Assembly (NCBI GenBank): GCA_963734495.1
Contig: CAVTHK010000001.1
Coordinates: forward strand, 288,001-352,000
DNA from: an uncultured Spirochaetota bacterium
Lineage (GTDB): Bacteria > Spirochaetota > Spirochaetia > SZUA-6 > CAVTHK01
Length of the DNA stretch: 64,000 nucleotides
Direction: 5' to 3'
Shown here: one piece after another, positions 8,767-19,373 of the stretch
Position numbering within the stretch: the stretch's first letter is position 1
Layout of the letters: every line of letters starts with the position of its first letter
Translations under genes and position numbers: made by a program
Notes under the pieces: generated by a model
The model's input: the letters and a program-made list of their open reading frames with translations, nothing else
What the model was told of the DNA's origin: nothing
Database searches by the model: none

Positions 8767-10551
8767 TCACGAGGCCGCCTCGAGCGCGAGATCGACGAAC
8801 TGGCGGCTGTACAGGCTGTAGTACGGTCCGCGCGCCCGCATCAGCTCTTCGTGCGTCCCCGCTTCGGTGATGCGGCCGGCTTCGATGACGAGGATGCGGG
8901 CCGCGCGCCGGATCGTCGAGAGACGGTGGGCGATCACGAAGCTGGTGCGGCCGCGCATCAGCGCCTCCATCCCGCCCTGGATCAGGCGCTCGGTGAGCGT
9001 GTCGACCGAGCTGGTCGCTTCGTCCATGACGAAGATGTCCGGGTCGGCGAGGACCGCGCGCGCGAGGCTCACGAGCTGTTTCTGACCGACGGAGAGCAGG
9101 TTGCCGCCCTCGCCGACCTCCGAGTCGTAGCCCTTGGCGAGCGTCGCGACAAAGTCGTGCGCCTTCGCCACACGCGCGGCCCGCTCGACCTCGGCGTCGC
9201 TCGCGGCCGGCCGGCCGTAGCGTATGTTCTCCCGGATGCTGCCCGAGAACAGGTGCGGGTCCTGCAGCACGATCCCGAGCCGCGAGTAGATGCCGGAGAG
9301 GGTGAGCCCGGTGTAGTCCGCTCCGCCTATGCGTATGATCCCGGATTGCGGCTCGTAGAAGCGGCAGAGAAGGCTCGCCAGCGTGGATTTGCCTCCCCCG
9401 GTGGGCCCGACGAGCGCAACGGTCTCGCCCGCGGGCACCACGAGGTCGAGCCCCGCGAAAACGGGGTTGCCATCGCGGTAGCCGAACGACACTCCCTCGA
9501 ACCGGATCTCCCCGCGCAAGCTGAGCGGGTCGCGGGCGCCGGGGCGATCGCGCACCTCGGGCTCCGCGTCCAGGAGCGAGAAGACGCGCTCCGCGGACGC
9601 GATGGAGTTCTGCAGCTCGGCGTACACGCGCGCCAGGTCCTGCACCGGCCAGAGCATGAAGGTCAGATATGAGATGAAGGCCTGCACTCCGCCCAGTGTC
9701 ATCGATCCCGCGAGGACCTGGCTGCCGCCGTACCACACGATCCCGCCGAGGGCCGCGGCCGAGATGAGCTGGACCAGCGGGAGGAAGAGGACCGAGAGCC
9801 AGGCGGCCCGGTAGGAGGCGCGGTACATCTCGCCGGTCAGCTCCGCGAACTCGGCGGCGTTCGCGCGCTCGCGGCCGAGGGCCTTGACGACCCGCACGCC
9901 CTGGATGTTCTCGTTGAAGGCCCCCGTGATGCGGGAGTTGACCTTGCGCACGCGGCGCACCTCGACGATGATCCGCCGGCGGAAGCGCACGGCCACCCAC
10001 ATCAGCGCCGGCACGATCGCCAGCACCACGAGGGCCACCCGGGCGTTGATGGCGAGCATGAAGGCGAGGGCGGACAGGATGTTGAGCGCTGCCCAGGTGG
10101 TGTCGAGGAGCCCCCACGTGACCAGGTTCGCGATGCGCTCGGAGTCCGAGGTCACGCGCGACATGATCCAGCCGACGGCGGTGCGGTCGAAGTAGGAGAG
10201 CGAGAGCTCCTGCAGGTGGTCGAAGCTGCGGCGCCGCAGGTCGTACTGCACGCGTTCGCCGAGAAAGCCCGCCATCAGGATGAAGCCGAACACCGCGACC
10301 GCCTGGACGGCGATCAGCCCCGCGTACAGCCCCACGAGCCGGGAGACGGCCGCGGAGTCGCGATGCGCGATCCCCTGGTCGATGACCTGCTTGACCAGGA
10401 GAGTGGCCACGGAATCGAGCACCGCGACGGCGCCGATGCAGACGGCGAACGCCGCGATCCAGGTCCAGTAGGGCCGCGCCTGCGCGAAGATCCGCAGCAC
10501 GGTCCGGCTGCCGCCGCGTCCCGCGAAGTCCTCGTCGTCAAGCCAGGGCAT
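8767..10551 (-). CDS. ABC exporter, fused TMD-NBD subunit (heterodimer partner 2)
   Basis: TM domain plus GPTGGGKST, LSVGQKQ and VMDEATSSVD. Confidence 0.93.
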   Translation of the reverse strand: MPWLDDEDFAGRGGSRTVLRIFAQARPYWTWIAAFAVCIGAVAVLDSVATLLVKQVIDQGIAHRDSAAVSRLVGLYAGLIAVQAVAVFGFILMAGFLGERVQYDLRRRSFDHLQELSLSYFDRTAVGWIMSRVTSDSERIANLVTWGLLDTTWAALNILSALAFMLAINARVALVVLAIVPALMWVAVRFRRRIIVEVRRVRKVNSRITGAFNENIQGVRVVKALGRERANAAEFAELTGEMYRASYRAAWLSVLFLPLVQLISAAALGGIVWYGGSQVLAGSMTLGGVQAFISYLTFMLWPVQDLARVYAELQNSIASAERVFSLLDAEPEVRDRPGARDPLSLRGEIRFEGVSFGYRDGNPVFAGLDLVVPAGETVALVGPTGGGKSTLASLLCRFYEPQSGIIRIGGADYTGLTLSGIYSRLGIVLQDPHLFSGSIRENIRYGRPAASDAEVERAARVAKAHDFVATLAKGYDSEVGEGGNLLSVGQKQLVSLARAVLADPDIFVMDEATSSVDTLTERLIQGGMEALMRGRTSFVIAHRLSTIRRAARILVIEAGRITEAGTHEELMRARGPYYSLYSRQFVDLALEAAS

Positions 10552-12391
10552 CGCCGGCCTCCGCCTCGCTCTCCAGCCGCGCCTGCAGCCGGCAGATCTC
10601 CCGGTAGAAGCCCGGCTGCCGCACCAGCTCCGCGTGGGTCCCGCGCTGCGCGACGCGGCCGCCGTCGAGAACGAGGATCAGGTCCGCCTTCATCAGGCTC
10701 TGGATCCTGTGCGCGATGACGAACGTGGTGCGGTCCCGCATCAGCTCCTCGAGGGCCGAGCGGATCGCGGCCTCGGTCTCCGTGTCGACCGAGGACATCG
10801 AGTCGTCGAGGATGAGGATGCGCGGGTCCTTGAGGAGCGTGCGAGCGATCGCCACCCGCTGCTTCTGCCCGCCCGAGAGCGTCACGCCCCGCTCGCCGAC
10901 CAGCGTGTCGTAGCCCCGCGGGAACGACAGGATCGCGTCGTGGATCGCGGCGCGCCGCGCCGCGGCGAACACCTCCTCCTCGCCCACGGGCCGCCCGGCG
11001 CCGAAGGCGATGTTCTCGCGCACCGTGCGCGAGAACAGGAACGGCTGCTGCTCCACGATGCCGATGGCCCGGCGCAGGAACGCCCGCGGGTAGCCCGCGA
11101 GCTCGCGGCCGTCGAGGAGGATGCGGCCCTCGGTGTGCTCGTAGAAGCGCGGCAGGAGGCTCGCGAGCGTCGTCTTGCCGGAGCCCGGCGGCCCGAGCAG
11201 CGCGATCACGGAGCCGGCGGGCGCCGCGAAGCTCACGTCGCTCAGCGCCGGCGGCCCCCCGTTGTAGGAGAAGCCGACGCGCTCGAAGACCACCTCGCCC
11301 CGCAGCGGCGCCCGCGGCGCGGAGGCGTCGGCCGCGGCGCGGCGGCCTTCTTCTTCACCTAGAGGCTCCTCCTCCTCGCGGATGATCTCGCACACCCTCC
11401 CGAAGGATACGAAGCCCGTCGACATGTCCACGATCAGCCGCCCCAGGTTGCGCATCGGCCAGACGATCTGCATCAGCATCCCGTAGTAGGCGAGCGTGGT
11501 GCCGAGGGTGATCTCGCCGCGGATGGCGGCGAGCGCGGCCATCGCGAAGCCGAAGAGGAGCTGCGCGCCGCACAGCACGTCGGTCGTCGGCCAGAACAGC
11601 GCGTGGAGGAGCGCCAGGCGCCTGCCCTGCTCGTACTTGCCGCGGTTGTCGCGCTCGAATTTCGCGCGCTCGAAGTCGTGTCTGCCGAACGCCTTGACCA
11701 CGCGGATGCCGCGCAGGTTCTCCTGGAGCGTCGTCGACAGGCGCGCCTCCCGGTCCTGGTAGGTCTCGTAGGCGTCGGAGATCCTGCGGAAGAAGACGAC
11801 GGAGACCGCGAGGACCGGCGGGATCACCAGGACCGAGAGCAGGGCGAGGCGGCCGTCGAGCGAGAACAGGCCCGCCAGGTTGATGACGAAGAGGAAGAGG
11901 ATGCGTCCCACCTGGCGCACCTCGTCGCCGAAAAAGCGGCGCACCGCCTCGACGTCCGAGGTGCAGCGCTCGATGATCTCGCCGGTCGGCGTGACGTCGT
12001 GCCACGCGAATCGCAGGCGCTGCAGGTGATCGTAGAGGAAGTCGCGGAGGCGCCGCGCCACGTTCTCCGCCGTCCAGGCGGTGAGCCTGCCGCCGCCGTA
12101 GGTGGCCGCGCCCTCGACCACGGCCAGGGCGACAAAGCCCAGCGCCGAGGGGAGGATCAGCCCGCGGAGGTCGGGCCGCGTCAGCACGTGGTCGACGAGG
12201 AAGCGCAGCAGGTAGAAGCCGCCGGTCCGCGCCGCGGCCGACGCGCCGATCAGCAGGAGCGCGAGCAGGTAGAGCGCCCGGTAGCCGGAGGCCATGCGCA
12301 GCAGGCCGACGAGCGGCGGGACGCGGAGCACCGCGTGGAAGTCGAGGGACGCGGGTGATGTCGCGCGCGCGGTGGGTGTCTCGTCGTTCAT
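10538..12391 (-). CDS. ABC exporter, fused TMD-NBD subunit (heterodimer partner 1)
   Basis: GPPGSGKTT, LSGGQKQR and degenerate Walker B ILDDS, typical of heterodimeric exporters. Confidence 0.93.
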   Translation of the reverse strand: MNDETPTARATSPASLDFHAVLRVPPLVGLLRMASGYRALYLLALLLIGASAAARTGGFYLLRFLVDHVLTRPDLRGLILPSALGFVALAVVEGAATYGGGRLTAWTAENVARRLRDFLYDHLQRLRFAWHDVTPTGEIIERCTSDVEAVRRFFGDEVRQVGRILFLFVINLAGLFSLDGRLALLSVLVIPPVLAVSVVFFRRISDAYETYQDREARLSTTLQENLRGIRVVKAFGRHDFERAKFERDNRGKYEQGRRLALLHALFWPTTDVLCGAQLLFGFAMAALAAIRGEITLGTTLAYYGMLMQIVWPMRNLGRLIVDMSTGFVSFGRVCEIIREEEEPLGEEEGRRAAADASAPRAPLRGEVVFERVGFSYNGGPPALSDVSFAAPAGSVIALLGPPGSGKTTLASLLPRFYEHTEGRILLDGRELAGYPRAFLRRAIGIVEQQPFLFSRTVRENIAFGAGRPVGEEEVFAAARRAAIHDAILSFPRGYDTLVGERGVTLSGGQKQRVAIARTLLKDPRILILDDSMSSVDTETEAAIRSALEELMRDRTTFVIAHRIQSLMKADLILVLDGGRVAQRGTHAELVRQPGFYREICRLQARLESEAEAGDALA

Positions 12392-12550
12392 GGGGGCCGC
12401 CGATCCGTGCTCAGGGGCGACTCATCTTAGCGTCTCCGCCCGACGCGAGGCAACGCGAGGCGGCGGGGCGCGGCGGGGCCCGGTGTGGGCGCGACGGGTT
12501 GCTGGCCGCGCGGCAATCTTCGTACATTCCCGTCCGGGAGGGCGAGGCCC

Positions 12551-13264
12551 ATGAAGACCGCCCCAAAGGCGTCCGCTCGGCGGAAAGACGGATCGACGGC
12601 CGGGCTGCGCGAAACCGTGCTCCATCGACGCAGCATCCGCAGCTTCCTTCGGAAGCCCGTCCCGGAGGAGACGATCCGGGAGCTCATCAGCGAGGCCCGC
12701 TGGGCGCCCTCGTGGGCCAACACGCAGCCGTGGGAGCTCGTCGTCGTCACCGGCGAGCGTCTCGAGCAGTTCAAGAGGAACAACAGGGAAGAGCTTCTCG
12801 CCGGCCGGACCTCGCCGCCGGACATCCGCATGCCGCTGAGCTGGCCGGAGACGCTGCGGAACAGGGACAGGGAATCGGCGAAGAGCATCTTCGACTCCAT
12901 CTCGGTCGATCGCGACGACACGGCCGGGAGGATGGAGTACTACGCCCGCATGTACCAGCTGTTCGATGCTCCCGCCCTGGTGCTGTTCCTGCTGGACCAG
13001 GAGCTGTCGCTGGAATACGCGATGCTGGACATCGGCGCGTTCCTCCAGACCTTCTTCCTCCTGGCCCACGGAAGGGGACTGGGCACGTGCGCGTTCGCCG
13101 GGACGGTGCACGTTCCCGACATCGTGCACGGGCTCTTCGAGATCCCGGACAACAAGCTCCTGGCCATCGGGGCCGCTCTCGGCTGGCCCGACAAGCGCGC
13201 GCCCATCAACAACTTCGAGCGGAAGAGGGCGTCCCTCGAAGAATTCGTGAGGTGGATCCACTGA
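12551..13264 (+). CDS. Nitroreductase family protein
   Basis: RRSIRSF, APSWANTQPW and GLGTC motifs. Confidence 0.9.
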   Translation: MKTAPKASARRKDGSTAGLRETVLHRRSIRSFLRKPVPEETIRELISEARWAPSWANTQPWELVVVTGERLEQFKRNNREELLAGRTSPPDIRMPLSWPETLRNRDRESAKSIFDSISVDRDDTAGRMEYYARMYQLFDAPALVLFLLDQELSLEYAMLDIGAFLQTFFLLAHGRGLGTCAFAGTVHVPDIVHGLFEIPDNKLLAIGAALGWPDKRAPINNFERKRASLEEFVRWIH

Positions 13265-13333
13265 CAAGCCCGGCGGCCTTCCGGCCGCCGGGTTCCTGGA
13301 CCGACGATGCGCCTGTCCGGTGCGGAGCGCTCT

Positions 13334-13894
13334 CTACTTGGGCGCCCACTTCGCGAAGGACTCGAGGTGGGCCCAGTACGAGCCGTAGCCGGTGATGGCC
13401 CAGATGATCGCGGCACCGAGGGCCGCCAGCGCGGCCAGCATCCGCAGCACGGGGCTCTTCTTCGTAAGGTAGGCGGGCAGCGAGAGGATGCCCGCGGCGC
13501 CGGTCGCGACGTAGCCGAGCGCGGCGACGAGCGGCTCCTTGGTCATCCCGCGGTTAAAGACGCGCACCCCGACAATGACGGAGACCACGCCGCCGAGCAC
13601 GGCGACGATGCCCATCGAGAGCAGCTCCCAGTCGGCGAGGAACGCGATGCCGGTAAAGACCAGCAGCGCCGCGTACAGCACCATCAGCTCGCCGAACGCG
13701 ATGTTGTAGCTGCTCGGCAGCGGCCAAAAGAAGATCATGTGCAGGCCCGTGACGAGGCCGACAAAGCCCGTCAGGAGCAGCCCGGGCGCCAGGACCTTGG
13801 GATTCTCGTTGATGTACTTCGCAAAGTAGAGAGCCACCAGGACCATGGCGATCGTGAGGTTGACCAGCATGAGCGCAACGTAGTCAACGAACAT
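13334..13894 (-). CDS. DUF981-like integral membrane protein
   Basis: MFVDY start, WPLPSSYNIAFGE motif, several TM helices, C-terminal YWAHL. Confidence 0.75.
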   Translation of the reverse strand: MFVDYVALMLVNLTIAMVLVALYFAKYINENPKVLAPGLLLTGFVGLVTGLHMIFFWPLPSSYNIAFGELMVLYAALLVFTGIAFLADWELLSMGIVAVLGGVVSVIVGVRVFNRGMTKEPLVAALGYVATGAAGILSLPAYLTKKSPVLRMLAALAALGAAIIWAITGYGSYWAHLESFAKWAPK

Positions 13895-14139
13895 GGAGAC
13901 CCTCCCCCGGGCATGCGCCGCGGTGAGACGTTCGAGGGCGCGTGTCCCACGCCTGCCTCTCCCGCCAACGAGCGCCGGTGCTGCAGATTTTCGGACTGAG
14001 CCAAGTTATTGCGGGAACGGGCGATAGTCAACCGAAAAGCTAATTAATGCGCCGCGACGATCCCGCGGAACCGGGCGGAACCCCGGTGGAGCAGGCGCAG
14101 GAAACGGGCGACCATGCTATGATGGCGGTCGAGGTTTGT

Positions 14140-15034
14140 ATGAAGAAGTGGCTGCGCGCCCTTCGCGCGCACTTTCTCACCGCGACCATCGCCCCGGTCG
14201 TCGTCGGTACGGCCGTCGCGTGGTTCGAGACCGCGAGATTCGACCTCGGGATCTTCCTGCTTGCCTTTGCGGGCGTGATCCTCGTCCATCTCGGCGCCAA
14301 CATGGCCAACGACTACTTCGACTACCGGTCGGAGACCGACGACCGCAACGCGAGCTCCAGCGCCTACAGCGGCGGCAGCCGCGTCATCCAGGACGGGCTG
14401 ATCCCCGCCCGCCACGTGCTCGTCGCCGCCGTGTGCTGCCTCGCGGCCGGATCGCTGATCGGATTCTTCCTCGTCTGGAAGCTGCGCAGCGTGGCGCTCC
14501 TGGTCCTGGGGCTCGCGGGGGTGTCCCTCGCGTACTTCTACACCGGCTCGCCCATCCGGCTCGCCTACCACGGGTTTGCCGAGATATCCAACGGCATCTC
14601 CTTCGGACCCATCATCACGCTCGGCGCCGCCGTCGTGCAGACCGGGATGATCTCGCTGCGGGCGGTCCTCGCCTCGGTGCCCCCTGGCCTCCTCCTCGCC
14701 TCGGTGCTGATGATCAACGAGTTCCCGGACTACGAATCCGATCGCGCCGTCGGAAAAAAGACGATCGTGGTGCTTGCCGGCCGGCGCGCCGCCCTCACCG
14801 TCTACCACGCGACGATGCTGGTCTCGTGCGTGTGGGTCCCCGCGTTCGTCGCGCTCGGCTTCTTTCCGCCCTGGACGCTGCTCAGCCTCGCCGCCGTGCC
14901 ATTGGCGAATTCGCGCCTACCGCGTTTCGCTCGCGCACTACGACGACAGCCGCGCGATCGTGGCCGCCAACAGCGCGACCTTCCTGTTCCACATCGCCTT
15001 CAACCTTCTTCTCGCCATCGGTTTCTTCATGTGA
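14140..15034 (+). CDS. menA: 1,4-dihydroxy-2-naphthoate prenyltransferase (UbiA family), frameshift near 14908
   Basis: WLRALR, ANDYFDY and INEFPDYESDRAVGKKT motifs; hydrophobic C-terminus continues in another frame to TGA 15034. Confidence 0.8.
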
Positions 15035-15142
15035 AGCGACGGAGCCGCGGGTTGCGCGCGCAACCGCCGCAACCTATTTGACGGCGCGGAGCTTTTCTCC
15101 CATGATTGCTGGAAGCGGAGACTGCTCAAGCGGAGGTAGGCC

Positions 15143-16126
15143 ATGTCGATCCTTGTCACCGGCGGCGCCGGCTATATCGGCAGCCACTGCGTCAAGGCGC
15201 TCCGCGAGGCGGGACGCGAGGTCATCATCTACGACAACCTGAGCACCGGGCACAGGCAGGCGGTCCAGGGCGCGCCCCTGGTCCGAGCGGACCTGCGGGA
15301 CGCGCGGCGGCTCGAGGCGACGCTGCGCCGGCACAAGGTCACGGCGGTCATCCATTTCGCGGCCAAGAGCCTGGTGGGCGAATCCATGAAGGACCCGCAG
15401 GCCTACTACGACAACAACGTGACGGGCACGCTCTCGCTGCTGCAGGCGATGCGCGGCGCCCGCGTCGGCCAGATCGTCTTTTCCTCGTCGGCCGCCGCCT
15501 ACGGCGAGCCCGAGAAGATCCCGATCACCGAGGACGCGGCCCAGAAACCCACGAACGTGTACGGCCGCACCAAGGTGCTGATGGAGCAGATCCTCCGCGA
15601 CTTCGAGGCCGCCTACGGGCTGCGCTGGACCGCCCTGCGCTACTTTAACGTCGCCGGCGCGGACGATTCGGGGGAGATCGGCGAGGACCACAGGCCCGAG
15701 ACCCACCTGATCCCCATCGTCTTCCAGGTGCTGCTCGGCCAGCGCGACCACCTGGACCTGTACGGCACCGACTACCCGACGCGCGACGGGACGTGCATCC
15801 GCGACTACATCCACGTCACCGACCTCATCGACGCGCACCTCCTGGCGCTCAAGCGCCTGGAAGCGGGGGGAGCGTCGCGGGTCTACAACCTCGGCAACGG
15901 GCAGGGCTTTTCCAATCGCGAAATCGTCCAGACCGCCGAGAAGGTGACGGCCACGAAGGTCAAGGTCAACGAGACCGGCCGCAGGGCCGGCGATCCCGCG
16001 GTCCTCGTCGCATCGTCCGATCGCGCGGTAGCCGAGCTGGGCTGGCAGCCGCAGCATGCGCAGCTCGACAAGATCGTCGCCAGCGCGTGGCGCTGGCACT
16101 CCGCTCACCCGCGCGGCTACGCCTGA
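15143..16126 (+). CDS. galE: UDP-glucose 4-epimerase
   Basis: ILVTGGAGYIGSH, YGRTK, LRYFNVAGA, ETHLIP and DGTCIRDYIHV motifs. Confidence 0.95.
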   Translation: MSILVTGGAGYIGSHCVKALREAGREVIIYDNLSTGHRQAVQGAPLVRADLRDARRLEATLRRHKVTAVIHFAAKSLVGESMKDPQAYYDNNVTGTLSLLQAMRGARVGQIVFSSSAAAYGEPEKIPITEDAAQKPTNVYGRTKVLMEQILRDFEAAYGLRWTALRYFNVAGADDSGEIGEDHRPETHLIPIVFQVLLGQRDHLDLYGTDYPTRDGTCIRDYIHVTDLIDAHLLALKRLEAGGASRVYNLGNGQGFSNREIVQTAEKVTATKVKVNETGRRAGDPAVLVASSDRAVAELGWQPQHAQLDKIVASAWRWHSAHPRGYA

Positions 16127-16584
16127 GACTTCGCGGGGGCGCCCGATTCCTCCGCGATCATCTCCTCGACGATCCGGCAGGCGTCCATGACGAATGGCTC
16201 GCAGAGGCGATGGGCGAGGTCCTGCTCCTTCATCCGCTTCTTTCCCTCGGGCGTGCTCAGGTCGACCCCGAGGAGCTCGCGGCAGCTCACGCTTCCGTGC
16301 AGCTCCCGGAAGCGCCTGAGCACTTCCCGCGTCTTCGCGTACACGCGCTCCTTGGAGCCGGCCGCGTCGTCGGGATCGAACCAGCGGCAGCCCACGGCCA
16401 TGACCGCGCCCGCGACCGCGCCGCAGGTGAGCTGCTCGCGGCCCATTCCCCCGCCGAAGCCCGAGGCCATCAGCTTGACCGTCCGCTCATCGATCCCGAG
16501 GCTGCCGCTGAACGCGCACATCACAGACTGGGCGCAGTTGTAGCCGACCCTGAACCACGCCCTGGCCTTGTCCGGACTGTCCAT
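16117..16584 (-). CDS. C_GCAxxG_C_C family putative redox protein
   Basis: YNCAQSV, GFGGGMG, CGAVAG, SCRELLG and final Cys pattern. Confidence 0.88.
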   Translation of the reverse strand: MDSPDKARAWFRVGYNCAQSVMCAFSGSLGIDERTVKLMASGFGGGMGREQLTCGAVAGAVMAVGCRWFDPDDAAGSKERVYAKTREVLRRFRELHGSVSCRELLGVDLSTPEGKKRMKEQDLAHRLCEPFVMDACRIVEEMIAEESGAPAKSQA

Positions 16585-16660
16585 GGTCCTCGATCCTAAC
16601 GCGCGGCAGGCGGCGGGGCAACCAACGCGACGCGGCGGGGCGGCGCGAGCCTCGGACCGG

Positions 16661-17062
16661 CTACAGAGGGCTCGGTCCGGCGACGACGCGGCGGCCCACA
16701 GCGGCCCAGGTGTTGTAGCCGCCGGCGAGCGCCCGCGCCCCCCTGATCCCGAGGCGGTCCAGCGTCGCCACGGCCATCAGGCTCTCCTCTTCCTGCAGGC
16801 ACGAGCAGTAGGTGACGATCGGAAGCTTCACCGCCTTGAGCTCGGCCACGCGGGAGTCCAGGTCGTCGAGGGGGACCGAGTAGGCTCCGGGAATGTGGCC
16901 GGCATCGTATTCCTCGGGAGTGCGGACGTCGATGACCGCGATCCTGCCGTCGGCGAGCAGCCGCTCGAACTCGTCCATGGGCATCCGGGGCAGGGCCGAC
17001 CCGCACGAGACCAGCGCCCCGACAGCAGCCAGCAACAGGAGACGGACCGCCGTGCTGTTCAC
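16661..17062 (-). CDS. Rhodanese-like domain lipoprotein
   Basis: Lipobox LVSC; IDVRTPEEYDAGHIPGA, IVTYC and LAGGYNTW motifs. Confidence 0.85.
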   Translation of the reverse strand: MNSTAVRLLLLAAVGALVSCGSALPRMPMDEFERLLADGRIAVIDVRTPEEYDAGHIPGAYSVPLDDLDSRVAELKAVKLPIVTYCSCLQEEESLMAVATLDRLGIRGARALAGGYNTWAAVGRRVVAGPSPL

Positions 17063-17143
17063 CGGGAACCCTCCGCGCGCTCGAGCCGGGCAGGTGGAGC
17101 GCGCGGTTCAATGTACTGCCGCCCCGCGCGGGGCAGCCACCCT

Positions 17144-18160
17144 TCAGCCCCACGGCTCGAGGATGACCTTCGCGCAGTCGCCCGCAAGCTGCAGCTCCCA
17201 GGCGTCACGCACCCGCTCGAGGGGGAACCGGTGGGTGATCAGCCGATCGAGAGATTCGCGGGTATCGCGGATCACCCGCATCAGCGCGGGGGTGTCGCCC
17301 AGCCTGTAGTGCCACGAGCCCCGCAGGGCGATGCCCTTGCGGATGAGATCGCGGCTCACCCACACGGGGAGCTCGCCGCCCTCGCCCACAAAGGCGACCT
17401 CGCCGCGCCTGCGCACCGCGTCGATCGCGAGCCTCTGCGCCGCGGGGATGCCGCTGCAGTCCACCGCCTTGTCGACGCCGCGGCCCCCCGTGAGCTCGCG
17501 GAGGCGCTCGCCGGCGCGGGGGTCGGCAGGATCGAGGACCGCCTCGGCGCCGAGGCGCAGCGCGAGGGCGGCCCGGTACGGATGGGGCTCCACGCCGATC
17601 ACGCGCGCGCCGCGCGCCCGGGCGTTGATCACGCCGCCCAGGCCCACGGGGCCGAGCCCCGTGATCAGCAGCGTGTCGAAGGCGTCGACGCGCATCTGCT
17701 GCATCGCGCCGAAGGTCGGCCCGAGACCGCAGCAGGCCATGGCGCCGTGCTCGATCGAGACGTCGTGCGGGATCGGCAGCAGCAGCCAGTCCTGCTTGAT
17801 CACGTACTGCGCGTAGGTGGCGCGGCCCGTCGTGTTTCCGGTCTCCGCGAGCGGGTCCACGAGGCTCTCGCAGTGGATGTAGTCTCCGGCGAGGCACAGG
17901 GCGCAGCGGCCGCAGGGGTACTGCGGCATGACCACCACGCGGTCGCCCACACGCACGCGGCCGGGCTGCGCGACCTCGACGACCTCGCCCGCGGCCTCGT
18001 GGCCGAGCGAGTCGGCCGGCTTGCCGTCGCGGTAGAGCTTGTATTCCGTGCACATCGGCGCGGCCAGGATCTTCACGACGGCGAAGTCGCCGCGGGCGTG
18101 AGGGTCCGGGGCGTCCACGACCTCGCACGCGCGCGGTCCCGTGATGGTGACGTTCTTCAT
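17144..18160 (-). CDS. Zinc-binding (MDR) dehydrogenase
   Basis: GHEAAG, CGRCALC..C structural zinc site, GLGPVG. Confidence 0.9.
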   Translation of the reverse strand: MKNVTITGPRACEVVDAPDPHARGDFAVVKILAAPMCTEYKLYRDGKPADSLGHEAAGEVVEVAQPGRVRVGDRVVVMPQYPCGRCALCLAGDYIHCESLVDPLAETGNTTGRATYAQYVIKQDWLLLPIPHDVSIEHGAMACCGLGPTFGAMQQMRVDAFDTLLITGLGPVGLGGVINARARGARVIGVEPHPYRAALALRLGAEAVLDPADPRAGERLRELTGGRGVDKAVDCSGIPAAQRLAIDAVRRRGEVAFVGEGGELPVWVSRDLIRKGIALRGSWHYRLGDTPALMRVIRDTRESLDRLITHRFPLERVRDAWELQLAGDCAKVILEPWG

Positions 18161-18218
18161 CGTTCGTTCCTTGAGGGAGGGCTCGGGAACAGCTCAAGAT
18201 GCGGCAAAAGGGGACGGC

Positions 18219-19244
18219 TCACGACAGGGCCGCGGTCAGGCGGTCGAAGAGGTCGTCGGGAGGGTCGAAGGGCAGATCCACGGGCCTGCGCTCGAGCGCG
18301 CTCGCGTACAGACCGAGGATGGCGTTCCACTGGAGCAGGGCGCGGCCGAGGAACGTGCCCGCCGGCCGGCCGGAGTCGTCGAGCCACGCGAACATGGCGT
18401 CGGTGAGCGCGGCCTGCGTCCTGTGGTTGAGCTCGCGCCATGACTCCGGGTCGACGGCGCCCGATTCGCTCACGCCCGCCCCTTCGATCTCCCAGCGGCC
18501 GAACTCTTCGTAGAGCGTGCGGCCGCGCTCCGCGCAGGCCGCGACCCGGCTGTGCTTCCAGGTGGTCCCGTCGTCGAAAACGCGGCGGGCGACGGGCCCG
18601 TTCGTCCACAGGCCCTCCACCCCGCCCTCGAACGCCACGCGCGCCACGGTGCTCTGCGGCGCCAGGTGACCGCGGTCCTCGCGGTCCAGGCCGCTCGCCG
18701 CGGCGAACACGCTCTTCGGCGGCCGGTCGCCGTTGAGGCTCATGGCCCAGTCCAGGATGTGCACGCCCTGGTTGGCGACGTTCATGCCGGCCGAGAGCTC
18801 GAGGGAGAGGAGGCGGCCGAGGCGGCCCGAGGCGAGCGCCTCGCGACAGCGGGTGAGGTGCGGGTGGTAGCGGAACTGCATGCCCACGGCGAAGCGGGTG
18901 CGCGTGCTCGCGGCGAGCGCCGAAAGGCGCCGCCAGTCCCGGACCTCCGCCGCGATGGGCTTCTCGACCAGGCAGGCGGGCACGCCCAGGTCGCTCGCCA
19001 GGCTCATCAGGGCGACCCGCGTGTCGGGCATGGTGACCAGGTGGAGCAGGTCGGGCTTCTCCGCCCGTATCATCTCGGACGCATCGCGGTAAGGGCGCAG
19101 CCCGAGCTCGGACGCGAGGGCCGCGGCCCGGTCGGGCTCGAGGTCGCAGCAGGCGACCAGCCGGCCGCCGCTCACATGCGCGTACGCGAGGGCGTGCATG
19201 CGCGCCCTCTTGCCGCAGCCGACGATGGCAGCGCGGTAAGGCAC
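18219..19244 (-). CDS. Gfo/Idh/MocA family oxidoreductase
   Basis: AIVGCG Rossmann start, VEKP, VGMQFRY and GVHILD motifs. Confidence 0.88.
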   Translation of the reverse strand: MPYRAAIVGCGKRARMHALAYAHVSGGRLVACCDLEPDRAAALASELGLRPYRDASEMIRAEKPDLLHLVTMPDTRVALMSLASDLGVPACLVEKPIAAEVRDWRRLSALAASTRTRFAVGMQFRYHPHLTRCREALASGRLGRLLSLELSAGMNVANQGVHILDWAMSLNGDRPPKSVFAAASGLDREDRGHLAPQSTVARVAFEGGVEGLWTNGPVARRVFDDGTTWKHSRVAACAERGRTLYEEFGRWEIEGAGVSESGAVDPESWRELNHRTQAALTDAMFAWLDDSGRPAGTFLGRALLQWNAILGLYASALERRPVDLPFDPPDDLFDRLTAALS

Positions 19245-19293
19245 GGGATCACCTCTCGCGGGCGAGCGTAGACCCGGCCGTGCGGGCGGTCAA

Positions 19294-19347
19294 CCTGGCG
19301 AGTACGTCAGGCCAATGCCTGGCGAGTACGTCAGGCCAGTGCCTGGC
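19294..19347. repeat. Intergenic tandem repeat, 24 bp x 2.25, each unit a hairpin
   Basis: CCTGGCGAGTACGTCAGGCCA(A/G)TG twice, then CCTGGC. Confidence 0.85.
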
Positions 19348-19373
19348 CGCGGGCGGCGCTTGCGCCTTCACCT

